Assembly: GCA_034669905.1 (NCBI GenBank)
Contig: JAXMOL010000019.1
Coordinates: 1 to 64,000, forward strand
DNA: 64,000 bases
Reading direction: 5' to 3'
From: Candidatus Hydrogenedentota bacterium
GTDB lineage: Bacteria; Hydrogenedentota; Hydrogenedentia; Hydrogenedentales; JAEUWI01
The notes beneath the pieces were generated by a model. It searched no databases. It was given only the letters and a program-made list of their open reading frames with translations, and was not told the origin of the DNA. Position 1 is the stretch's first letter. The number at the start of each line of letters is the position of its first letter. This document shows, in pieces, positions 9,566-19,220 of this stretch. A program made the translations under genes and the position numbers.

Positions 9566-10489
9566 CTAGTTGTTGTGATCGTAGGTCTGAACCATTTCGT
9601 CTTCTTCCGGGCTCAGCACTTCCAGGTCGGCCAGCACGATGGGGGTACCTTCCGGGGCCTGGGTGCTCCAGAATGCCTCCCATTCACTGACAGTGTTGGG
9701 CCGGGTATCCCCCAGCGCTTCTCCCCAAATGGCCACGAGCGATTCGCGGGTCGCATTGGACACACGACGGTCGGGGCTGGCCAGCAACGCAATGAGGGCC
9801 GGTGTCGCATTGCGGACCCCCAACTCTGCCATGGCATAGGCGGCACTGATTTGAACGGTCTGGTCAAAATCAGCGAGCCCGCGGGTCAAGAGGGGAATAC
9901 TCTCCCGATGGCGCATCCGAGCGAGCAATTCAATGGCTACGGCCCGGACTTCGGCATAGTTTTGCTGGGTAGCCCCCTGAAGCAACTCGATGCTCCGCCT
10001 GGAATCCAGATGGGCCAATACCCAGAGAACATTTGGTGCCATGAGGGGCGAAAGCTCGGGGTATAAGGTGGACAGGTAGCCGAACACGTCGATTTCCTGC
10101 TGGAGCCCCTGCAATTTATCGCGGACCGCAATGCGCTTTGACATGTCCTCGCTCTTCAGCTCAAACATGAGGCCACGCACCATGCGCCGCTGCTCCGCGG
10201 TGAGGCCGGTCTCCTCGGTCAGCCGCTTATTCTTTTCTTCCCACCGTTCCAGCAGGGCTTTCTTATCCAGGTGGCCGGTCTTATCATTCTTTTCTATCCG
10301 GGCAATTTCAGACTCCCGATAGATCAACTTCCGATCTCCGGCCGTTACCTGAAAGACGCCCTCCTGATCAGGGACGGGTGTCACGACGCCGTCAAAGCGG
10401 ACACCATTCTTCAGATGAATGGTATCCGCAAACACTGCGCCCAGGGGCAACAATGCGATGACGAGTATGCTTCCAATTCTTCCGCTCAT
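9566..10489 (-). CDS. Exported HEAT-repeat protein
   Basis: Signal peptide then ADTIHLKNG; HEAT-like repeats (VRAVAIELL, VQISAAYAM, ALIALLASPDRRV). Confidence 0.75.
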   Translation of the reverse strand: MSGRIGSILVIALLPLGAVFADTIHLKNGVRFDGVVTPVPDQEGVFQVTAGDRKLIYRESEIARIEKNDKTGHLDKKALLERWEEKNKRLTEETGLTAEQRRMVRGLMFELKSEDMSKRIAVRDKLQGLQQEIDVFGYLSTLYPELSPLMAPNVLWVLAHLDSRRSIELLQGATQQNYAEVRAVAIELLARMRHRESIPLLTRGLADFDQTVQISAAYAMAELGVRNATPALIALLASPDRRVSNATRESLVAIWGEALGDTRPNTVSEWEAFWSTQAPEGTPIVLADLEVLSPEEDEMVQTYDHNN

Positions 10490-10537
10490 TCACTGATTCT
10501 CCAACATTGAGACGTACATACGCCCAACTGCATTCGG

Positions 10538-12844
10538 TTAACCGCGTTCGAAATAGAAGGCTGCACGGCGGAATTCCACCTGCTCCGTATCGGCCACATT
10601 CAGAAAGCGTTCCACCCGGGGATCGTACTGGAGATTCAAGCCACCCGGCACGAACATGCCCAGGTCGGCCGATATCACGCCACCTCGAATGGTCATCTTC
10701 CCTTTGGAGTTGGAGTTATGACGGCCACTGCTTCGCACAATGTTGAAAATGGAATTGTTGCTGTAGAGCAGTCCATCGATTTTGAACTCGCGCCCACTGG
10801 AGGGCCGACTCATTTCGTCGTCGTACCAGAACTGGCGCAGTTGATCTTCCGACAGCCAGTTGCTCTGGGGATTGAGGTAGTGATAGGCCGCATTGTTCAG
10901 GATATCGAGGGAATAGCCCTCTTCAACGATGAAATCGCTCAACAGTTTCACGCCACTCTCCGAGTAGCGAACGGAGTGCTCATCGTTGGAATCATAGACC
11001 CAGATATTATCGGGCTGACTTTCCCGGAGCCCATAGAATCGGGGCGTGTACTCGGGATCAGCAACTGCCTTCTCCAACTCCAGGTTGTTGAAGACCTGGA
11101 GTTCCGACATGGTGAAACTGAACTGCTGGCCGGGGCGTCCCGGAACCACTTCATTGGCATCGGTGGAGTACTGGTCAAAATAGCCCCACTCCAACGTCTC
11201 CGTTACACCATTCTTGGTGACCGTATTACTGCGATTCTCATCCCGGGTGTGAATGCTGTACTGGCTCCACTTCGGGTATTTGCTGTTGTCGTAGTAACTG
11301 TGATTTACGCCACGAATGGTGGTGTAGTCGCCCACCAGGACGCTGCCGCCAGAAACCAATGCCACCGCGTTGGTCTCGCCGCTCTCACTCACGCCGAATT
11401 CGCCGGGCGCATCTTTGTAGGTCACATCACCGATAACATAGGTATTGCCACGCACCAGCAATTGCCCCTCACCCTCGATGGCTCCCTTCAAGACCAGGTC
11501 GCCGTCCACCGCCACGGTATGTTGCAACTTGATGGGGTCGTCTTCCGTTCCGATGAGGATGAGGTTGCCGTCGTAGTATCCACTTCCGGACAAGGCCGCC
11601 AGAGCGGCATTGGAGGATGTGGGGAGTTCGTCGGGCACATAGATACCACCATGGGGAATACCGAAGGCCACGCCATTGGTAATAGCGCCGCTGGGATCTT
11701 CTTCGCCCAGGGCGAAATCAATAGAACCATTGGCGGTATTGACGATGACTTCGAATTCCGAATCGTCTACGTACCGATCACCGTCTTCATCGGGATAGGG
11801 TGCCGGAAAGGAACTGGGCAGGGGACCGTCGGTCTGGGCATCGGGATCGGAGGGATACTCCAGGTAGAGGTTGGAAAACTGCTCCAACTCACCATCATCG
11901 TTGGTCTCCGCATTGACCAGGCTGGTGGTGGACATATTGCCACTCCCATCCTGAATGATCTTACCGTCTTCGCCGTTAAAGCTATAGCCGTTGAAGTTGG
12001 TGCTGGCCAGACCTGCGGAATCATAGAGCGAGCCGTTGGGCTTGTACACCTTTCCGCGGGTATAGACCGTGCCGGCAACGCGGGAGTCGGACTCGGATCC
12101 CGTACGTACCATCAGGGATTCGAGGGCCGCAACCTTGATCCGATCAAAGGTACCAAAATTGCCGGGGTCGTTGTTTCGCTCCAACTCGAGCTGTTTAAAC
12201 TCTGCGTGGCACAAGATACAACTGATGTTGTTGGCAAGGATGGCAAACTGACCATGGTCAAAGGGCGCACCACCGATACGCAGGACCTGGACGGCGGTCT
12301 TCGTCTTACCGTCCTGACTGGCCGTCGACCGGATCGTGATACGGGATTCATACACCGTGTCGTACCGCGACACAAAGATCGAGTCAATCGTTGCTACAAC
12401 CCGCTCTGAGCCGGGTTTCTTCAATTCGAAAGGAGAGGTAATCAGGGGCATGCCGTATTGACTGAAGCCGGCGGGGAGGGTATCGAAAACACCGTCGCCA
12501 TTGCCCTCTTCCCCGACATCTTTGGTGCCGTTAAAGTTCAGATCTTCGTTGATGGGAAGATTGAGGGTATTGTTCAGATAGAATTTGTAAGAGGCCACAT
12601 TGCCGGTCGTGTTGCCACTGCTGGCGCGGTAAGCGTTCCACAACTGTTCGACCGCCATATCAATGCCTGCCTGGGCAGCTTCCTCCAACACAACGTTGGT
12701 ATAGGCATGGTCGGTTTCTTTCTTGCTCCGCTGCACGCCGGTCATTACCAGCCCCATGGATCCCAAGATTACAATAATGGCCATCATGGCAAAAATTAAT
12801 GCGATACCGTCTTCTTTTCCTCTTCGAAAGCGTCGTTTGTCCAT
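10538..12844 (-). CDS. Large PilX/GspK-like minor pilin with extended C-terminal domain
   Basis: Basic leader then G|IALIFAMMAIIVILG lacking Glu5; AAQAGI motif; last of a three-pilin cluster. Confidence 0.7.
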   Translation of the reverse strand: MDKRRFRRGKEDGIALIFAMMAIIVILGSMGLVMTGVQRSKKETDHAYTNVVLEEAAQAGIDMAVEQLWNAYRASSGNTTGNVASYKFYLNNTLNLPINEDLNFNGTKDVGEEGNGDGVFDTLPAGFSQYGMPLITSPFELKKPGSERVVATIDSIFVSRYDTVYESRITIRSTASQDGKTKTAVQVLRIGGAPFDHGQFAILANNISCILCHAEFKQLELERNNDPGNFGTFDRIKVAALESLMVRTGSESDSRVAGTVYTRGKVYKPNGSLYDSAGLASTNFNGYSFNGEDGKIIQDGSGNMSTTSLVNAETNDDGELEQFSNLYLEYPSDPDAQTDGPLPSSFPAPYPDEDGDRYVDDSEFEVIVNTANGSIDFALGEEDPSGAITNGVAFGIPHGGIYVPDELPTSSNAALAALSGSGYYDGNLILIGTEDDPIKLQHTVAVDGDLVLKGAIEGEGQLLVRGNTYVIGDVTYKDAPGEFGVSESGETNAVALVSGGSVLVGDYTTIRGVNHSYYDNSKYPKWSQYSIHTRDENRSNTVTKNGVTETLEWGYFDQYSTDANEVVPGRPGQQFSFTMSELQVFNNLELEKAVADPEYTPRFYGLRESQPDNIWVYDSNDEHSVRYSESGVKLLSDFIVEEGYSLDILNNAAYHYLNPQSNWLSEDQLRQFWYDDEMSRPSSGREFKIDGLLYSNNSIFNIVRSSGRHNSNSKGKMTIRGGVISADLGMFVPGGLNLQYDPRVERFLNVADTEQVEFRRAAFYFERG

Positions 12845-12859
12845 AGATACCTCCTTTCT

Positions 12860-13489
12860 CTAGTTGACGAGGCGGATGCTGGATTCCAATTCGGAAACTA
12901 CCAGCTTCCCTTCTCCGGGGCCATAACGCTTGCTGCCACTCAATTGTATATTTACGGTGGTGAGTTGATTGTTACCGGTCGCTTGATTGGCCACCAGTTG
13001 AAACGTCACCGAGTCGATCGAATTGGCACTGGCTATCGGTACGTCGACCCCATCCTGGGAACGCACAATACGACGGGTAAGCACACCGTCATCGTTTGCG
13101 TCCTCGTCGGGGTCGAGCCGGCCGTTGCCGTTCAGGTCTTCATTCTCCAGGCGGTAGGTAATCGGGGTGGAGTAAGCAAACTGGTCCTCCCCCGCCAGCG
13201 GTTCCGGCACCTGAAAGGTGATGGCGCTGCCGGTCTCGTCGACGGCGACAGAGTACAGGTCCTCGGGCGCCCCGGTGCGGTTGGTCGTTTCGGAAGAAAC
13301 GGCCTCACGAAGCTCGCTACTGATCACGGCCATCGAATCACGAAGGTGATTCTGGACATCGACTTTGGCCGTTGTTAACTGGGCCGCTTCATTGGAAGAC
13401 TTCAGCACGACAAAACCCAGGAGGGAAACGACGCCCAGAACGGTGCTCGCCACCATGACTTCCAGCAGGCTATATCCGTAAGATTTCAT
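12860..13489 (-). CDS. Prepilin-type protein, PilW-like minor pilin
   Basis: G|YSLLEVMVASTVLG class III signal; SSELREA; DxNxNG Ca-binding-like loop. Confidence 0.8.
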   Translation of the reverse strand: MKSYGYSLLEVMVASTVLGVVSLLGFVVLKSSNEAAQLTTAKVDVQNHLRDSMAVISSELREAVSSETTNRTGAPEDLYSVAVDETGSAITFQVPEPLAGEDQFAYSTPITYRLENEDLNGNGRLDPDEDANDDGVLTRRIVRSQDGVDVPIASANSIDSVTFQLVANQATGNNQLTTVNIQLSGSKRYGPGEGKLVVSELESSIRLVN

Positions 13490-13499
13490 AGGGGGCCTC

Positions 13500-13967
13500 C
13501 TAATGGTCCGTCAACATGGTCATGATCGAGGCCGACATATCCCGGCCCTTTCGATCTTTCCAGGTGGTCGTCACATGCACCATGATCGGGTTATCCGCCA
13601 CACCGGCCGCATCCCCGTTGGTGTTGTAACAGGCCACTTCCACGGCTTGCTCCTCCAGCTCCACGTGGCTGGCATTATCCGCCAGGAACTCGGCCCAATT
13701 TGCTTCGTTACCGGCCTCTACCCAACCCAGCAAATCGCCGGGAAAATCGTCTTCATATTGCGCACGCTTTTCCCGGATGGCGTCCATGACCGTACGACAT
13801 GACAACGCCGCCTCCATCCGCTGTTCCTGGAGGTCGATGGAGACGTAAAAGGAAGCCAGGGATTGGGCCGTAACCCCAATCACACCGGCAAAAATTGCGA
13901 CTGCGAGGGTCACCTCCATCAAACTGACACCCCGGTTTTCTTGCAGTATTCGTCTTAGTTCCATCAT
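13500..13967 (-). CDS. Prepilin-type protein, PilV-like minor pilin
   Basis: RG|VSLMEVTLAVAIF; SD AGGAGG before ATG 13967/13964; C-terminal V.TTWKDRKGR. Confidence 0.8.
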   Translation of the reverse strand: MMELRRILQENRGVSLMEVTLAVAIFAGVIGVTAQSLASFYVSIDLQEQRMEAALSCRTVMDAIREKRAQYEDDFPGDLLGWVEAGNEANWAEFLADNASHVELEEQAVEVACYNTNGDAAGVADNPIMVHVTTTWKDRKGRDMSASIMTMLTDH

Positions 13968-14229
13968 ATACCCTCCTGACCTTCTGGTCTGGCCAAAGCG
14001 CCTTGTATAAAGTGTACCACCCCTGGGTACTAAATACCGTGAAAAGAGATATGAAAAAGGCGTGGTGTAACGTATTATCTGAATGATTATGCCACGCGAA
14101 TCCGCAGGAGCACAAGCCGCGAAAAAACCAGCACCCACCTAACCTTCCGAATAACAGCCACTTACACCCTTAAAGATCCAGAAATTACCCGACAACTGCG
14201 CTATCTCCCGCAAGAATCCCCCCGTCCGA

Positions 14230-15363
<1,134 letters not shown>

Positions 15364-15469
15364 TCTCCCGGAAATTGGAGGGATTTGCAGGAAGTCCGGA
15401 AGGGCTCCGGCTTCCCGCGAAACTGTTTCGGATAATACCAAGGGGCCGCCCGGGATGCAACCGGCCGAC

Positions 15470-16171
15470 TCAGGCGGACGGCCCGTGCTCGCGCTCCAGG
15501 ACCGACTTCAATTCGGGCGCCAACCCGTCCACCTGCCGAAGGGAATCCAGAAAGCCCTGGAGCATGAAGTGAAGTGTTCGGGCACCGGTGATGGCCTCTT
15601 CCCCACCGGGGGATTCCATCGTGTAGGCGGGTACGGCCTGGGTGTAGGTTTTTGCAGCCGGCGTCAGGGCTTCTACGTCCACCGCCGTATCGTCCGTCTG
15701 GATGGCGTTCAACCGTATCGGTCGCCCCCACACCGTTTCCTCGGACCGTTCCTGCTTGTCCGCCCAGTCACCGGCATACTTCAGGAAGGTGCCGAGATTG
15801 GTGCCTCCGTCGGTGTGGTATTGGAGATGCAATTGGATGTCTTCCAAGGAAATCTTTGCCACCCCCGGAGTGCGGGAGAAGAGCGTCAGGGGCTCGGGGG
15901 TTACGCGCATGAAACCAATGCGCAGGGCCTCCCGGTCGGTGAATCCTTCAGGGTTGAGCAGGGAGACCCCTTTGAAGACAATGGTCTGATTGGCCCAATC
16001 GAAACGCACGTCTTCAAGACGAACTTCTCCGTGCAGGATTCGCCCGGCCTGGTGGGTGAGGCCGTCGCGAAGCAGGCCCTCAAATCGGGTAAAGAGCATG
16101 ATGGTGGCGAGGCATAGCCCGATGAGCAGGAGCCCGACCGAGGTCATGATGAATTTCAGCGCCGCTTTCAT
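15470..16171 (-). CDS. Membrane-anchored hypothetical protein (AsmA/DUF748-like N-terminus)
   Basis: N-terminal TM; beta-rich region with NPEGF and GGTN motifs. Confidence 0.5.
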   Translation of the reverse strand: MKAALKFIMTSVGLLLIGLCLATIMLFTRFEGLLRDGLTHQAGRILHGEVRLEDVRFDWANQTIVFKGVSLLNPEGFTDREALRIGFMRVTPEPLTLFSRTPGVAKISLEDIQLHLQYHTDGGTNLGTFLKYAGDWADKQERSEETVWGRPIRLNAIQTDDTAVDVEALTPAAKTYTQAVPAYTMESPGGEEAITGARTLHFMLQGFLDSLRQVDGLAPELKSVLEREHGPSA

Positions 16172-16188
16172 AGTACCGCCCGGTCTCC

Positions 16189-16995
16189 TCAGTCAAATTC
16201 GTGGGAGATGTTTTTGGCCCGGCGCGCCACGCCCTGATAAGCGCGACGACTGAAGGCCATGACTTCCCGGGTGGGCAAGGGTTTCTTCGCCGAGGCCCTG
16301 ACGTCGGGGCGAGCAGGCCATTCAAAGTAGAATTGCGATTCGTGCCCCTCCAGTACGAGTCGGACGCCCTTCCCGGGTCCCGATACCGCCGGATTGTCCA
16401 CCACAATGACCTGGGCAGGAAAGTAGAGCCGCACCTTACGTCCATAACGCCGCAGTGCCCCGACCGGTGTTTCCGAAAGTTCGGGGTCAAGGGTCTTCTG
16501 TATGGGCATCAATTGACGGCCATCGGGCAATTCCAGGTGAAATTCGAGCCCCCGCAGCCCGACCACGTCATAGGCCACACTCATATCGGGGAACTGGGAC
16601 TCGAGATAGCAGGTAATCTCAATGGGCCCGGAGGGAGTCGCCGCCCGCATCCGGGCATCTTCCAAGGCCTTGGTTTCCGCAGCTGCGGGGTCTTCACCCT
16701 GTTCTATGGCTTCCATCTTCGCTTCGGTGGTGGCAGTTTCTTTGGACATCATCGCCGCGTCAGGCAGCGCATTCTCCCACACGGCGTGGGAAGTGCCCGT
16801 GAAAAGATTGGGATAGCGCCCTTCTGCGACGCGGACCGATGCCTGGACACTGTAGGGCTGAAAAGGAATACGGGGCGGCGGCATCATGCGGCGGCCTTCA
16901 TCGCTCTTGGGCGTGGTCTGGCACCCCACGGCAACCAGGGTAGCCAGGACCATCAGGGCAAGCTTGGCGGTGTATCGACGGGCGAATGCGATCAT
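16189..16995 (-). CDS. Hypothetical lipoprotein
   Basis: Lipobox-like AVGC after a hydrophobic stretch; 4-bp overlap with the upstream gene. Confidence 0.65.
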   Translation of the reverse strand: MIAFARRYTAKLALMVLATLVAVGCQTTPKSDEGRRMMPPPRIPFQPYSVQASVRVAEGRYPNLFTGTSHAVWENALPDAAMMSKETATTEAKMEAIEQGEDPAAAETKALEDARMRAATPSGPIEITCYLESQFPDMSVAYDVVGLRGLEFHLELPDGRQLMPIQKTLDPELSETPVGALRRYGRKVRLYFPAQVIVVDNPAVSGPGKGVRLVLEGHESQFYFEWPARPDVRASAKKPLPTREVMAFSRRAYQGVARRAKNISHEFD

Positions 16996-17699
16996 TTTCG
17001 GTTCCTCCGACCGCCAAAGTTTCGCTGGGGCTTATTGGCGCTCTCTGGTTCTTCGGCGGATTCCCCAGCAGACTGAAGGTCAGGGAAGGCGCTGCTACCA
17101 TCCTGGCCGCCTTTTCCAAAACGTTGGAGGGTCAATTCGCCCTGGGCGGTCTTCATGCGCACCAGCCCCATGGGCTTGATCTGGTCACTGACCCAAATCT
17201 CCGTCGTCTCGTCACCGCTTGTTACCAGGAAATGCTCGGCCTCAATTTCGCCACCGGGATAGGTGACCATTTCTACCCCCAGGGCATTGCGGGTTTCGTC
17301 GGGTTTCTTGGCAGCCTTCTGAGAACGATCCACTTCAATCTCCTGGATCGCGTCCTGGCCTTCCCGCACCAACAGGCGATGCACATTCTTCGGATCATGG
17401 GCCGGGCCGGTAAGCAACATTTTGTAGACGGATGGGAAGCCAACTTTGGGCACCAGCTCGGTTTCGAGCCAGTAGGCATCCTTCCGTCTTATACGCTCCT
17501 TCCCCACCACCGCCTGTCGCAAGTAGTACTCCCGATTGGTCGCCGTATCGGTGAGGGTATACCAGACGAAGGTGCCCACCTCGGGGTCAACGAGCTTGCC
17601 CGACATCAAGTCCGAGAGCATGCCCTGGGCCGGTGTGCTCAGGGCGGGGAGCCCCACAATCAAAAAAAGCATGATACACTTGAAAGCGTTGACGCGCAT
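16992..17699 (-). CDS. Hypothetical secreted protein
   Basis: Signal peptide, beta-strand-rich sequence, SD GGAGG. Confidence 0.65.
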   Translation of the reverse strand: MRVNAFKCIMLFLIVGLPALSTPAQGMLSDLMSGKLVDPEVGTFVWYTLTDTATNREYYLRQAVVGKERIRRKDAYWLETELVPKVGFPSVYKMLLTGPAHDPKNVHRLLVREGQDAIQEIEVDRSQKAAKKPDETRNALGVEMVTYPGGEIEAEHFLVTSGDETTEIWVSDQIKPMGLVRMKTAQGELTLQRFGKGGQDGSSAFPDLQSAGESAEEPESANKPQRNFGGRRNRK

Positions 17700-17813
17700 A
17701 CAATGAAAGCCTCCACATGGGTGTCAACCGGGCCTCATCGTATCACAGGCCAGAGGACACAAAAAACAGCGCCGCGCGTGGGAGCGTGTCTTTGGTGCGG
17801 AGGTGAAGAAGCG

Positions 17814-17842
17814 TTGACTCTTCCGGCCCACAGGCCTATTAT
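17814..17842 (+). promoter_or_regulatory. Sigma70-type promoter for the protease gene
   Basis: TTGACT-N17-TATTAT. Confidence 0.6.
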
Positions 17843-17875
17843 GGGCAGGAACTGCCAGCGTCGCGAGGGATACAG

Positions 17876-19147
17876 ATGATTCGAATTGGAATAGGTGTGC
17901 TGCTTGCCTGTGCCTTCACGGCTTCACCGGTCCGTGGAGAGACCGTCGACGTCGAGGGCATTGTGGCGCGAAATCTACCCTCCGTGGTCCTCATTCACGG
18001 AAAGCGCCAGGACAACGGGGCGCCGGTTCAGGGAAGCGGCTGTGTGATCCATGCCGAGGGATACATTCTCGCCACAGCCCACCAGGCGCAGGGAGTGCAG
18101 GATTTTTCGGCCAAGTTTTCGGATGGCACGACCACCCCTCTTCAATTGGTCGAAGTGCGCCCCGAAGTAGAGTTCGCCTTGTTTAAGGCGGCCACGCCCC
18201 TCCCCCATGTGGTCAGCGTCGGCGATGCGAGCGTACTCCGGGGGGGCGCTCCGCTGGTCTCAATCGCGTCTCCCATCAACCTCGAGTTTACGACCGTAAG
18301 CGGCACCGTGGCCAATCCAAACAAGACGTTCGAGAGCTATGACGTCTTGTTGGCGAGCCTGACCGCCACCCATGGTTCGAGTGGGGGGCCCGTATTTGAC
18401 CGGGAAGGACGACTCATTGGCCTTATCAGTGGTGGTCTGAATGAGGTGGATTTCACGATTGTAAACAAGATCAACAACGCCTATCCCATGCTCCGTGCCC
18501 GGGGCATCCTCCCATCCACGGCCAACAGCACCGCCGACGACCAGGACATGCTGGTGCCCGTGGCGGGCGTGACCCAATCTGAGCTACGGGCCATCGAAGC
18601 CTACAACCGCGGTGTTCGGGCCGCGGCCCTCCCGGAAAAGATTGAGGCCTACGGGCTGGCCTATACCCTGCTCCCCGCTTTTTATGAGGCCTGTTTCAAT
18701 CTCGCCGTGGCCGAAGCGCGATCGGGCGATGCAGAACGGGCCATCGCGCTGTACCGTCAGGCCGAGTCGCTGCGCCCCAATGCCCTGGAAGTAAAACGGA
18801 ATCTTGGGCGCCTCCTTCTGAAGAAGAAGGCCTATGACGAGGCTATCGCCGTGTTTGAGTCGGCACTCGCGCTCGCCCCCGGCGAGGTCCAGGCCCACAA
18901 CGATCTGGGCGAAACGCACCGGCGGGCAGGTAATTTCGCCCAGGCCATCGAACATTTCCAGGCCTCCCTGGCCAAGAACGGCGACGCGCCGCAGGTCCAC
19001 TTCAATCTGGCGTTGGCCTATGCAAACAGCGGACAGGCCGCAGAAGCTATCCGTCATTTTAATGCCTACCTGGCCCTTTCCCCCACCGCTTCGGATGTGG
19101 AGAACGTCCAGAAGATGATAACCCGATTGCAGGCAAGCGCCAAGTAA
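17876..19147 (+). CDS. Exported trypsin-like (HtrA-type) serine protease with C-terminal TPR repeats
   Basis: Signal peptide; GSG, LATAH, GSSGGP; multiple TPR units. Confidence 0.85.
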   Translation: MIRIGIGVLLACAFTASPVRGETVDVEGIVARNLPSVVLIHGKRQDNGAPVQGSGCVIHAEGYILATAHQAQGVQDFSAKFSDGTTTPLQLVEVRPEVEFALFKAATPLPHVVSVGDASVLRGGAPLVSIASPINLEFTTVSGTVANPNKTFESYDVLLASLTATHGSSGGPVFDREGRLIGLISGGLNEVDFTIVNKINNAYPMLRARGILPSTANSTADDQDMLVPVAGVTQSELRAIEAYNRGVRAAALPEKIEAYGLAYTLLPAFYEACFNLAVAEARSGDAERAIALYRQAESLRPNALEVKRNLGRLLLKKKAYDEAIAVFESALALAPGEVQAHNDLGETHRRAGNFAQAIEHFQASLAKNGDAPQVHFNLALAYANSGQAAEAIRHFNAYLALSPTASDVENVQKMITRLQASAK

Positions 19148-19220
19148 CCTTTTCAATCATCCCCGTTCCCGGCACCCCCGGGACGGGGTCCCGAAGAATA
19201 AGAAGCCCTAAACATGAGGA

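Noticed and set aside
10718..12409. 563-aa plus-strand ORF
   Set aside because: Antisense shadow of the PilX-like gene.
14075..14097. Possible sigma54 promoter upstream of the pilin triad (TGGCAT-N5-TTCA, minus strand)
   Set aside because: The conserved -12 GC is absent.
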